In this document: positions 41,847-51,290 of the stretch, piece after piece
Position numbering within the stretch: position 1 is the stretch's first letter
Layout: each line of letters starts with the position of its first letter
DNA from: Candidatus Bathyarchaeota archaeon
GTDB lineage: Archaea > Thermoproteota > Bathyarchaeia > Bathyarchaeales > Bathycorpusculaceae
Length of the DNA stretch: 64,000 nucleotides
Direction of reading: 5' to 3'
Assembly: GCA_963707955.1 (NCBI GenBank)
Contig: OY970176.1
Span: 736,001 to 800,000 of the forward strand
The notes under the pieces: generated by a model
Databases searched by the model: none
What the model saw: only the letters and a program-made list of their open reading frames with translations
What the model was told of the DNA's origin: nothing
Program-made: the position numbers and the translations under genes

Positions 41847-42749
41847 CTATGCCTTGGCTGTAACCTGAATTGGCGTTTCGAGCTTGTCAAGAATTTTTTT
41901 CAGTGACACTATGTTTCTGCCTAGGCCTAGCTCTTTTGGGTTCAGTCCGAAGGCGATCCCCATGAGTTGAGTGAAGTAGAGGATTGGCATATCAATCTTT
42001 AGGTCAAAACGGTTTTCTACCGCTTTTTGTTTAGCATCAAGATTGAAGTGACACATTGGACAAGGAGTGACTACGCAGTCAGCCCCTATCGCTTTCGCGC
42101 TCAACAGCAAGTCTTTGGTCATTTCAAGCATGACGCTTTCATCTGTCAGAACCAATGAAGCACCGCAACATCGCGTCTTGTCACGATAATCTAGGCTTTG
42201 AGCTCCAACGGCTTCAATAATTCTATCCATGGATTTAGGGTGTTCAGGGTCATCGAAACTTCTTACCTGCGGAGGTCTTACGAGCAGACAGCCATAGTAA
42301 GGTGCAACCTTCAAACCTTTCAAGGGTACTTTAACCTTTTCAGCTATCTTCAACGGTCCCACGTCGTTGATTAGCACGTCGAGATAGTGTCTAATTTTGA
42401 CGTCGCCTGTGAACTTCAACCCTGCGTCGTTGATTATTTTGTCAACTGCCCCTTTGAGGTTAGGATCTTCGTGAAGCATTTTGCTCGCTCTTGACAAAGT
42501 AAAAAAACAGGCGCTGCATAGGGTTACTATGTCCATGTTCATGGTTTCTGCGAGCGAAAAGTTTCTGGCAGATAGAGACAGAGACAGTTCTGGGTTGTAG
42601 GCGTGAACAGCGTCAATGGACCCGCAACAGTTCCAATCTGGTATTTCGATAAGTTCTATTCCGAGGACTTTGTTCACAGCCATGCATGACATTCCATATT
42701 CGTGTGCAGATGCCTCTACCGAGCATCCTGGAAAATACGCGTACTTCAT
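41847..42749 (-). CDS. hdrB: Heterodisulfide reductase subunit B
   Basis: Two CCG domains: YFPGC / WNCCG / CSAC and YYGC / RCCG / CPMC. Confidence 0.95.
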   Translation of the reverse strand: MKYAYFPGCSVEASAHEYGMSCMAVNKVLGIELIEIPDWNCCGSIDAVHAYNPELSLSLSARNFSLAETMNMDIVTLCSACFFTLSRASKMLHEDPNLKGAVDKIINDAGLKFTGDVKIRHYLDVLINDVGPLKIAEKVKVPLKGLKVAPYYGCLLVRPPQVRSFDDPEHPKSMDRIIEAVGAQSLDYRDKTRCCGASLVLTDESVMLEMTKDLLLSAKAIGADCVVTPCPMCHFNLDAKQKAVENRFDLKIDMPILYFTQLMGIAFGLNPKELGLGRNIVSLKKILDKLETPIQVTAKA

Positions 42750-43337
42750 TTCTTTTTCTCCTCCTTTCTTAGAGCACTTCTAAAAATGGTCTTGATTTCT
42801 GTCTTTCCTCGCATCCTTGGAGGCCTCATCTTGACTTTGCCTTTTCGCCACATTTTTAAACCTAAACTGGCATTGTTGAAAAAGGCTTTTGGACTCGTTT
42901 TGTTCATTAGTCTAACCTGCAACTGAGGCTCGTGCATTCTACCGTATTTTCCAACGATTTCCGTGAAAGCCTTGTGAAACTTGGGTTTGGCCGGAATCTT
43001 GGCAGGCACATCATTTTCAATTGCCATATTCTTCAGTGAAGACATCAGAAGCGGAATGTCTATTCCTCTTGGACAGCGTGACGTGCAAGTGTAACAAGAA
43101 GCACAGATCCATATGGTTGAGCTTGAAAGCACATCTTCTTTCAGACCTAACTGCGCCATCTTGATGATCTGCATTGGACCGTAATCCATGGCAAATCTGG
43201 CGTGGCAAGAGACCTGCGCAGACTCCACACTGGATGCAGTCTAGTATTTTCTTGCCAGCTACAGTTTTCTTTACTTCCTCCAGAAAGGAGGGATCTACAT
43301 TCTTATTCATTACTACGTTTGCATGTGTGTGTTCCAT
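42746..43337 (-). pseudogene. hdrC: Heterodisulfide reductase subunit C with a +1 frameshift (real lesion or assembly error)
   Basis: CIQCGVCAG and SCHARF join if one base near 43211 is removed; second motif CASCYTCTSRCP is intact. Confidence 0.85.
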
Positions 43338-43338
43338 G

Positions 43339-45726
43339 TTAATCGCATCCGAGGTTTTCGGCGATTTTCTTCCTTTTTTCTTCGGGCAAGCGTCCTAGAG
43401 TGGATAGTCTCTGGTTTAGAGTTTCGAAAAGGTTAACTATTTTGTCATACTGGGGCAGAGTCGTTGTTGTTGAAGCTAGCCTAAGCGATTCAACCCCGTA
43501 CTTGCCTAATTCCTTCTTCAAATTGATTACGTGATCTCTGATGAGGTCTTCTCGGAAGGGACTATCATCGCCCTCTATGAAAATTACCCCGTCGGCTCCT
43601 GCCGCAAAGGCTTGCATTACGTGTCGGGTGCCTACTCGTCCTGCACTCGGCACGGTTATGATTCTGACATTCGGTGTGTAGTTCACTCTTGTTTGCCCAG
43701 CTAGGTCGGCTGAACCGTATGCGGTAGTCTTTTCAAGGAAAGCTAGAACTCTCGGCTCATCTCCCTCTCCTTGGCAAGTGGCTTGAATCTGAGCTGTCAA
43801 TTGCTCGTTCGTCAAGTTTTTGAGATCTATTGCCTCAGTGGGACACTTTGGCACACATATGCCGCAGCCATTGCAAAGGATCGAGTCAATTACGATGCCT
43901 TTGCGTTTGGCACTTATTGCCTTCGTCGGACAAGCTTGTATGCACACACCGCATGCGTCACATTTCTCGAGATTTACGTACGCTTTTTCCGGTGAAACAG
44001 CGATTTCACCTTTGCCCAAAAACGTAGCCACCTTGGATGCGCATGCCATAGATTCGATCGTGGTCTCTCTGATGTCTTTGGGTCCAACAGCACATCCGGC
44101 TAAGTATATGCCCTCCATCTTCGTGTCCACTGGTCTCAATTTATGATGTCTTTCCAGAAGGAAACCGTCTGGTCCAACGTCTATTCCGAGCTTTTTAGCC
44201 AGTTCATGGGAACCATAGTTGGGAAGCAGTGCTGGGCTAAGAACGACCATGTCGAATGTTTCCTCAATCTGCCTCCCCAGAACAGTGTCTTCAGCTCTCA
44301 CGGTCAAGTTTTCGCCGTTCGGAAAGACTTCGGCTGCCCGGCCTCGAATAAACTTGACACCAAGTTCTCTTGCATGCGAGTAAAATTCTTCATACCCTTT
44401 GCCATGCGCCCTTAGGTCCGTGTAGAATATCCAAGGCTCGGCTTCTGGGTTCGTCTTCAGAAGCAACAGAGAATGCTTAATGGCGTTCATACAGCCTATT
44501 TTACAGCAATAGTTTATCCCTTTGTCCATTCGGCTGCCGACGCAGAGTATGAAGGCGACTTTCTTCGGCATCTTCCCGTTTGAAGGTTGATGCAGACCTT
44601 GCAACATAAGACGCTCAAACTGCAGATTCGTCACAATGTCAGGGTGTAACCCGTAACTGTATGGACCGAAAACGTCGTGCCCATCAAAAACCTCTTTTGA
44701 GAGCTTCGGATCAAGCTGTTGATAGCCCGTGCACGCAATAATGGCTCCAACGTTCAACTCAATCATCTCCTCTTTTTGATCAAATGCTATGGCTCTGCCC
44801 TTGCAAAACCGTTCACAAACCCTGCAGACACCCTTGTTGAAAAAGAGACACGCATCTTTGTCTATCAAGTAAGTGTTAGGCACTGCTTGCTTGAAAGGCA
44901 CATAAATCGCCTTCTCCTGTTGCAGCCCTTCTTCGAACTTGCTCGTCTTTTTGGATGGACAAACTCTCGCGCATTCGCCGCACGATATGCACTTTTCTGC
45001 GTCAACGAATCGGGGCTCAACGCGCACTTGGACTTTGTAGTTACCAGGAGAACCTTCAATCGAGACGGGTTCCGCCATCGTGATAACGTCGATGTTTGGA
45101 TGTTGAGACACATAGACCATTTTTGGGGTCAAAATGCATTGGGAGCAGTCCAACGTTGGAAAGGTCTTGCTCAGTTGGGACATATGGCCGCCGATGCTGG
45201 GATTTCTTTCGACCAAGTGTACCTTGTATCCCTTGTCGGCTAATTCAATAGAAGTTAATATGCCAGCGATGCCACCTCCAATAACAAGAACATCGCCTGT
45301 AAGTGGAAGGCTTTTTGTTTCCAAAGGCTCCAGAAAACGAGCCCGTGCCACTAACCCGCTGATGAGAGCAATCGCCTTGTCTGTTGCCGATGCCTTCGTA
45401 TCATGAACCCAACTACATTGTTCACGAATATTTGCCATGTCCAGCAAGTAAGGATTAAGCCCGGCTGATTTGGCTGCTTCCCTAAAAGTCTCAAGATGCA
45501 TGCGTGGTGAGCATGAAGCTACGATAACTCGGTCGAGTTTGAGTTCCTTGATGTCTTTTTTTATCATGTCTTGTCCAGGTTTACTGCACATGTAATCATA
45601 ATTCTCGACGATTTTGACCCCGTCTAGTTTGGAAATAGCGTCCTTGACCTTTGTCACTGTCACGGTATCGCTTATGTTCCCCCCGCAGTGGCAAATGAAC
45701 ACTCCAATCGATGCATTCTTCGGCAT
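43339..45726 (-). CDS. hdrA: HdrA fused to a Cys-less MvhD-like domain
   Basis: CHCG, GGGIAG, FPTLDC, ferredoxin inserts and CVGSR; C-terminal AYGSADLAG and SAGRV; start placed at MPKN after a GGTG RBS. Confidence 0.92.
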   Translation of the reverse strand: MPKNASIGVFICHCGGNISDTVTVTKVKDAISKLDGVKIVENYDYMCSKPGQDMIKKDIKELKLDRVIVASCSPRMHLETFREAAKSAGLNPYLLDMANIREQCSWVHDTKASATDKAIALISGLVARARFLEPLETKSLPLTGDVLVIGGGIAGILTSIELADKGYKVHLVERNPSIGGHMSQLSKTFPTLDCSQCILTPKMVYVSQHPNIDVITMAEPVSIEGSPGNYKVQVRVEPRFVDAEKCISCGECARVCPSKKTSKFEEGLQQEKAIYVPFKQAVPNTYLIDKDACLFFNKGVCRVCERFCKGRAIAFDQKEEMIELNVGAIIACTGYQQLDPKLSKEVFDGHDVFGPYSYGLHPDIVTNLQFERLMLQGLHQPSNGKMPKKVAFILCVGSRMDKGINYCCKIGCMNAIKHSLLLLKTNPEAEPWIFYTDLRAHGKGYEEFYSHARELGVKFIRGRAAEVFPNGENLTVRAEDTVLGRQIEETFDMVVLSPALLPNYGSHELAKKLGIDVGPDGFLLERHHKLRPVDTKMEGIYLAGCAVGPKDIRETTIESMACASKVATFLGKGEIAVSPEKAYVNLEKCDACGVCIQACPTKAISAKRKGIVIDSILCNGCGICVPKCPTEAIDLKNLTNEQLTAQIQATCQGEGDEPRVLAFLEKTTAYGSADLAGQTRVNYTPNVRIITVPSAGRVGTRHVMQAFAAGADGVIFIEGDDSPFREDLIRDHVINLKKELGKYGVESLRLASTTTTLPQYDKIVNLFETLNQRLSTLGRLPEEKRKKIAENLGCD

Positions 45727-45738
45727 AAATACACCAGC

Positions 45739-45766
45739 CATGTCGATAAGAGATTCTATCGACATG
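45739..45766. promoter_or_regulatory. Perfect inverted repeat in the hdrA leader
   Basis: CATGTCGATA-N8-TATCGACATG between the TATA box (45790-45797) and the RBS. Confidence 0.65.
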
Positions 45767-45807
45767 CAACAACAACTGCCGAACTGAGGTTTATAAAGAT
45801 TTCATTT

Positions 45808-45825
45808 CTATAATATAATTCATAA
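45808..45825. promoter_or_regulatory. Putative operator upstream of the hdrA-hdrC-hdrB operon
   Basis: Minus strand reads TTATGAATTATATTATAG, similar to the palindrome at 49985-50002. Confidence 0.5.
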
Positions 45826-45882
45826 CATTCAGCTCAACCTTTCGGCACCCCTCGGCACCGCTCACAAGGAGAGCATGAAGCT

Positions 45883-46791
45883 TTACTTACTTAACAACGA
45901 TCTAGCTAAGAGGAGGAAATTGCTTGGTTTCTCTCTCAGTCTTCTGATACTATAGGGCATCCAGTTTTGGCCGTAAGGTATATACTCAGTGACTCTGTAC
46001 CCCTTGTTCACAAGCTCAAGCTTAAGATTGTTTCTGATCCCCTTCAGAAAAGCAAACTCAAAGTTCTTTGCGTGCTCCTTGCTCATTCTCATTGCCTCGT
46101 AGATCAGTCTGTCGTCGTGAGTTGCAACAGAAAATAGGCTCTCGCTGTCTTTGAATAGATGCGCCATTAATTTCGCATAGCTCTTGTCTATCTCTTTTCT
46201 TGATTTGTACGCTATGGTTGCTGGTTCATCGTAGGCTCCTTTGACCAACCTGATTTTTCCGCCGATTCTTATCAATTCCCCAATGTCCTCTTCGCTTCTT
46301 CTCAGGTAGGATTGGATACATATTCCAACGTTTTTGCTCGTGGAAAACACGGTCCTATAAATGCTCATAGTGTCGTCGGTAAACTTCGAACTCTCCATGT
46401 CAATCCAAACGAACCTTCCCAGTCTGCTGGCGTAATCGACTATTTCCACAAGATTTTTTCTACAGTAATCTTTGCCTATTTTGAGGCCAAGCTGGGTGAG
46501 CTTTGCAGATACACACCCTTCAATTCTGTTTGGTTGTAATAAGTCGAGAAGATGCTCATACTCTGTTAGTGACTCTTGTACTTCTCTCGCAGTGTTGACT
46601 TCCTCTCCCAAGTAGTTCAAAATAACGCTAAACCCTCTGGCATTTGCAAGCTCGGAATAGTTTATTGCTTCTGAGATACTCTTGCCGGCTATCCAGTTCT
46701 TTGCTACTGGATAGACTAGAAGAGAGACTAAGGGCACATTCGTCATTCTGAAATGCTTCTTTCCTAGCCTGTTCAAGGCTGACTTTGACAT
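45883..46791 (-). CDS. Monofunctional proline dehydrogenase
   Basis: WIAG, YLGE, SAKLTQLG, IDME, QSYL.R, RLVKGAY, ATHD and YIPYG..W.PY..RRL.E. Confidence 0.93.
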   Translation of the reverse strand: MSKSALNRLGKKHFRMTNVPLVSLLVYPVAKNWIAGKSISEAINYSELANARGFSVILNYLGEEVNTAREVQESLTEYEHLLDLLQPNRIEGCVSAKLTQLGLKIGKDYCRKNLVEIVDYASRLGRFVWIDMESSKFTDDTMSIYRTVFSTSKNVGICIQSYLRRSEEDIGELIRIGGKIRLVKGAYDEPATIAYKSRKEIDKSYAKLMAHLFKDSESLFSVATHDDRLIYEAMRMSKEHAKNFEFAFLKGIRNNLKLELVNKGYRVTEYIPYGQNWMPYSIRRLREKPSNFLLLARSLLSK

Positions 46792-46913
46792 TCAATTGCA
46801 GAAGTCCAGCTTAAGATTTTTGCACGTGCACGGTCTAATTCCGGACCAATCTTAATAAGCCAAAAGCGTGAGATTTTTTGCCTTTTTATAGGGCGTGCTA
46901 ATCTGTTTTGATC

Positions 46914-47447
46914 TTAAAAAGGATGCATGGTTTGTTCGTCCAGCTTGGCTTTTTCGTCTTTTGCGGCCATCTTCCTTACAAGCTCTCGCAGTTGCTCGCC
47001 CTCGCCGTGAACAAGTAAAAAACCTCCATTTTGAATGATGCACGAGAGATGCAATTCATCAGCAAACTTTTTGGAATCTTCGATTGAATGAGTCGAAGGG
47101 CTAATACGAATCCATTTTGCGCCTCGTGGAATGTTTGGGAGCAACTTTGGTTCCTCTTTCATTTCTTCGAAGGCCTCTTTCGCTTGGTCGAGCCGTGTCA
47201 ACCACTTGTTAACGTACTCAATTCCAAACATGATTTGCCCCTCAGAAGCAACGTAGGATTCCACGTTGAAAAGACATTTGTCAATCTCTTGACTAGTGTC
47301 GGCTCGACTGGGATCGGCTTCTAGAACGTGTATCAGGGTCTTTGCGGACTGCAATTCTGTCATAGTTTCAGATGGAATGATTATTCCTTTCCCCCGCAGA
47401 ACAGTAATCATTTCTTCAACAACTTTCCATTCATCTAGATGTCCCAT
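46914..47447 (-). CDS. DUF2096-like protein
   Basis: W.V.EEM...LR, L.SAKTLI and IPRG.KWIR; begins 3 nt after the hdrA stop. Confidence 0.75.
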   Translation of the reverse strand: MGHLDEWKVVEEMITVLRGKGIIIPSETMTELQSAKTLIHVLEADPSRADTSQEIDKCLFNVESYVASEGQIMFGIEYVNKWLTRLDQAKEAFEEMKEEPKLLPNIPRGAKWIRISPSTHSIEDSKKFADELHLSCIIQNGGFLLVHGEGEQLRELVRKMAAKDEKAKLDEQTMHPF

Positions 47448-47450
47448 GGC

Positions 47451-49964
47451 CTATTCCTCGCTGCTTGAAGCCACAAGCATCGTGGACGCAATCTTGGGTG
47501 TCTCTCGCACGATTGGCTCTGCTTTTTTCTTCAACATGTTCTCCAATATTGGACGCAGTTTCTCGTTTTCTGCTTTGATCTTGTCCTTGCCTAATGCGTT
47601 CATCTGTGCGTTGACTTCTTTGACGAGTTCAGCAAACTTTACGCCTTCTGCAGCAGAAACGTACTCTACGCGAAGCCTCTCTGGACTCAGTCCAAGCTTC
47701 TCCAGCATCTTCGCCAAAGCCTCCATTCTGGCTTTCATCCTTCCGTTTCCGCTTATGTAGTGGCAATCGTAGGGTAGGTGGCATGCTCCAATCAAGACCA
47801 TTCCGACTCCCTGTCTGAAAGCTTCAAGAACGAAGTCTCGATCAACTCTTCCCGAGCACATGACGCGAACAGGTCTTATCGTTGGAGGATACTCAAACCT
47901 GCTCGTCCCCGCTAGGTCTGCGCCCGCGTAACTGCACCAGTTACACAAGAACGCCAAGATCTTTTCTTCCGGATTTGTCTCCAGGGCTGCTCCTATCTGA
48001 GCGAGTATTTGATCGTCTGTGAAGTGCATTTGTGTTATTGCGTTTGCTGGACATTCCGCAACGCATGTTCCACATCCATGGCACATGGCTGTTATTACTT
48101 GAGCTGGCTGTTTGTCATCGATTTTTATTGATTTGTGGGGGCATCTTTCCGCGCAAATGCCACATTTGGCTGTCAGGTTTCTGCACTTCAGTGGGTCCAC
48201 GACGGAAACTATGGGTTCGATCTTCCAAGTGGGCTTTGAGATTACGGTTGCTGCCCTTGACGCTGCACCACTGCCCTGCGAAACGCTGTATGGAATGTCC
48301 TTTAATCCTTGACATGCGCCTGCTAGGAATATTCCATCGGTAGGTGCATCCATCGGTTTGAGCTTAGGGTGGCTTTCCATGAAAAAGCCGTCAGCCCCAC
48401 GTGTTAAGCCTAATATTCGCGCAATTTCCTCTGTGCCTTTCTTAGGTGTGGCCGCTGATGCGAGAACAACCATCTCAGACTCAATTTCTATGGGTTGCCC
48501 CAGCATCATGTCCTCGGCGTGCAGAATCAAGTTCTTTGTCTCTGGAACCTCTACGATTCGGCTTACGCGTCCGTGAACAAAGGTTACGCCAAGTTCTCTT
48601 GCACGTTGATAGAATTCTTCATAACCTTTAGAGTTGCTCCGCATGTCCATGTAGAAAATGTAGACTTCAATGTCTTCCTTGTACTTCTCTTTAAGCTGAA
48701 TCGCATGTTTCAAAGTGTACATGCAACAGAAGTTTGAACAGTACGGATATTTCTTTACATCACGCGAACCGACGCATTGAATGAACGACACGGTGTGTGG
48801 TTTTTTTCCATCTGACGCCCTGATGACCTTCCCGCCTGTTGGACCAGCAGCCAGTATGAGCCTCTCAAACTCTAGCGACGTGATCACATTCGGGTATTTA
48901 CCATAGCCATAAAGCGGATTGTCGTACGGGAGGTACAAATCGTAGCCAGTCGCTACGATTATCGCACCTGCTTCGATCTCGATTTCTTCTGGTTTCTGCT
49001 CAAAATTTATGGCCTGCCTTGCTCCGCAAGCGTCAACGCACTTGTAGCATTCGATGCAGTAATCCCTGTTTATCGTGTAGACCAGCGGAACCGCTTGATC
49101 GAAAGGAGCGGATATTGCCTTTCTAACACCCAAGTTCATGTCCCACTCATTTGGATATTCAATGGGACAGGTTTCTTTGCACTCACCACATCCGGTGCAG
49201 TTGTGAGCGATCACGTATCGCGGGTTTTTCCGAATTTTGACTCTAAAATTACCAACGTAACCTTCTACGCTCAGCAAATCGGCATAATCTATTATTTCAA
49301 TGTTAGGATGTCTTTTTACGTCAACCATTTTGGGGCCTTCGATGCATATGCTGCAGTCAAGAGTTGGAAACGTCTTGTCCAGTTGCGCCATGTGACCCCC
49401 AATGCTTTCACTTTTCTCGAGCAAATACACTTTGAAGCCCATTTCAGCTAGGTCGAGCGAAGCATTCATTCCAGCTATGCCGCCGCCTATGACTAAGGCC
49501 TTGTGCGTTACAGGGACCTCTATCTTCTGCAGAGGCGATAGCAGTCTCACCTTCGCCACGGCCATTTTTATCAAGTCTTTGGCTTTCTCAGTTGCAGCTT
49601 CTGGAGTACTTGAGTGACACCAAGATGCGAATTCACGAATGTTTGCCATTTCAAAGAGAAACGGATTCAAGCCGGCATCTGAGACCGTCCTGCGAAATGT
49701 AGGTTCGTGCATTCGCGGTGAGCATGCTGCAACCACGACACGATTGAGCCTATGCTCCTTCACGGCCTTTTTGATCTCTTCTTGTCCGGGGTCAGCGCAT
49801 GTGTAGCGGTTGTCCTTCACATAAACAACGTCTGGTAGAGTCCCTGCAAATTGGACAAGTTCCTTTATGTTTAGAACTCCAGCTATGTTTAGACCGCAGT
49901 GGCAAACGAAAACCCCTATCTTCAGGTGTTCAAATTTCTTTTCGATGAGTTGGATACAAATCAC
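47451..49964 (-). CDS. hdrA: HdrA-MvhD fusion with intact [2Fe-2S] ligands
   Basis: CHCG, GGGIAG, FPTLDC and YCSNFCC; CNWC, MCSGR and CHLPYDCHY; true start uncertain (GTG 49964, ATC 49955 or ATG 50000). Confidence 0.93.
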   Translation of the reverse strand: MICIQLIEKKFEHLKIGVFVCHCGLNIAGVLNIKELVQFAGTLPDVVYVKDNRYTCADPGQEEIKKAVKEHRLNRVVVAACSPRMHEPTFRRTVSDAGLNPFLFEMANIREFASWCHSSTPEAATEKAKDLIKMAVAKVRLLSPLQKIEVPVTHKALVIGGGIAGMNASLDLAEMGFKVYLLEKSESIGGHMAQLDKTFPTLDCSICIEGPKMVDVKRHPNIEIIDYADLLSVEGYVGNFRVKIRKNPRYVIAHNCTGCGECKETCPIEYPNEWDMNLGVRKAISAPFDQAVPLVYTINRDYCIECYKCVDACGARQAINFEQKPEEIEIEAGAIIVATGYDLYLPYDNPLYGYGKYPNVITSLEFERLILAAGPTGGKVIRASDGKKPHTVSFIQCVGSRDVKKYPYCSNFCCMYTLKHAIQLKEKYKEDIEVYIFYMDMRSNSKGYEEFYQRARELGVTFVHGRVSRIVEVPETKNLILHAEDMMLGQPIEIESEMVVLASAATPKKGTEEIARILGLTRGADGFFMESHPKLKPMDAPTDGIFLAGACQGLKDIPYSVSQGSGAASRAATVISKPTWKIEPIVSVVDPLKCRNLTAKCGICAERCPHKSIKIDDKQPAQVITAMCHGCGTCVAECPANAITQMHFTDDQILAQIGAALETNPEEKILAFLCNWCSYAGADLAGTSRFEYPPTIRPVRVMCSGRVDRDFVLEAFRQGVGMVLIGACHLPYDCHYISGNGRMKARMEALAKMLEKLGLSPERLRVEYVSAAEGVKFAELVKEVNAQMNALGKDKIKAENEKLRPILENMLKKKAEPIVRETPKIASTMLVASSSEE

Positions 49965-49984
49965 CTGCGTTCTAGAGTGTGATG

Positions 49985-50002
49985 TTATGATAAATATCAT
50001 AA
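49985..50002. promoter_or_regulatory. Palindromic operator upstream of hdrA-mvhD
   Basis: TTATGATA-AA-TATCATAA with perfect 8-bp arms. Confidence 0.6.
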
Positions 50003-50276
50003 AAAGTATATTAACGTTTACCCTAGCTTGGCTTAATTTAATGATTCTCCCGGTTCTCAAATGCCCCATACAATTGGTCACGGCGACGCAACAAAAACGC
50101 TCAAAAGAAACGCAAAAGCGGATTAATAACGTGCCAATTAAGCTTATGGTTAATCGCGGCCGTGCCAGTTCGCACGTAGGTGCGGACACCCTTGGAGGGT
50201 CAGGCATTTGCCCGCAAGACTTTCAAGGTGTGAAGGGTTAGCCATACTTTGAAAGGCATTTGGAGAACTGAAGGCT

Positions 50277-51146
50277 ATGAGGACAGAGGATCTTAAGAAG
50301 GTTGTACTGAAGATGTATGGAAGCAGGGAGTTTTATGGCTATGAGGTTCACAAGGAGCTTGCTTCTGAAAAGGTTGATGTTGGTATCAGTCGTTTGTACA
50401 GAGTTCTCACTGAGATGCTACGGGAAGGATTGCTTGAGGGTCGATGGGAGAAGGGTCAGCTTGGGCCTCGGAGAAGAGTGTACAGGATCGGCAGGAAAGG
50501 GAAGGAGGAGCGTAAGAAGCTTCTTTTAGAGGCGATTGACACTGTTCACGGGTTTTACAGCGAGTACCTGCTCAACCTACCTGCCGAGACCAATGTTCTC
50601 AATAGCGCGGTCAAACTACTGTCCAGCAACGTGGATAGAAAAGGAGAGATCGCATTCATTTCTCCTGCGTATTCGGTGATGCACGAGAAAATATTGCACA
50701 AACTGCACAACGAAATGCCCCAAGCGAAGATATACTTCGTGAAGCCCGCCTCATTAACCGTTGACTTGAACTTTGACAACCTATGGTTTTTGAATGGGAC
50801 TTGCGATAATATTCCGCTAAAAGATGGTTACGTTGATCTCGCGATCATAGCCGAAGCTCCAAAGAAGGATTGTCTGGAGGAATCCTTGACTGAAGTGCAC
50901 AGAGTGCTAAAGCAAGATGGCACGCTGACAATAGTAATACCAACAATTCTAGTGTGCAAAAACGAAGACCCTCTGTCAATAGGCAACTTCATCGAAAAAT
51001 ATGAGCATGAAGCGTCAGAAAAGCGTGATTACGTAGAGGCTGAGACTCTTAAGGCGCTAATGCAGAAACTATTCAACAATGTCGAAGAAAAAAGAATTGT
51101 CCACATGACATATTTCTTAGCCTCTCAACCGCGTCTTCTCCATTAA
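50277..51146 (+). CDS. PadR-wHTH / class I methyltransferase-fold fusion, copy 1
   Basis: FYGYEV, SRLYRVL.EM...GLL..RW and GPRRRVYRI; IPLKDGYVDL and EVHRVLK.DG. Confidence 0.88.
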   Translation: MRTEDLKKVVLKMYGSREFYGYEVHKELASEKVDVGISRLYRVLTEMLREGLLEGRWEKGQLGPRRRVYRIGRKGKEERKKLLLEAIDTVHGFYSEYLLNLPAETNVLNSAVKLLSSNVDRKGEIAFISPAYSVMHEKILHKLHNEMPQAKIYFVKPASLTVDLNFDNLWFLNGTCDNIPLKDGYVDLAIIAEAPKKDCLEESLTEVHRVLKQDGTLTIVIPTILVCKNEDPLSIGNFIEKYEHEASEKRDYVEAETLKALMQKLFNNVEEKRIVHMTYFLASQPRLLH

Positions 51147-51200
51147 TGATCAGGAAGGCCAAGGCGACTTTTGTTACTTGCGAATCTCAAACCGGCGGAC

Positions 51201-51245
51201 TATATGCCATTCAGTACTATAGCTATTATTCAATAGTTGCTTAAG
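51201..51245 (+). promoter_or_regulatory. Conserved promoter element, copy 2 (upstream of the 47-aa ORF)
   Basis: TATATGCCATTCA-GTACTATAGCTA-TTAT-TCAATAG-TTGC-TTAAG; TTAA starts 50 nt before ATG 51291. Confidence 0.75.
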
Positions 51246-51290
51246 AGTGCGTTTTGCTTTCTTGAATACAAAACTTGGAGTTGAAAAAGA

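Noticed and set aside
43339-49964. Selenocysteine or pyrrolysine recoding in hdrA/mvhD
   Set aside because: Both frames are open, with no internal TGA or TAG
41847-49964. Evidence of methanogenesis
   Set aside because: No mcr or mtr genes in the window; Hdr is widespread in non-methanogens
49965-50207. N-terminal extension of the 918-aa HdrA ORF
   Set aside because: HdrA homology begins at KIGVFVCHCG; the extension overlaps an RBS, a palindrome and an AT-rich promoter
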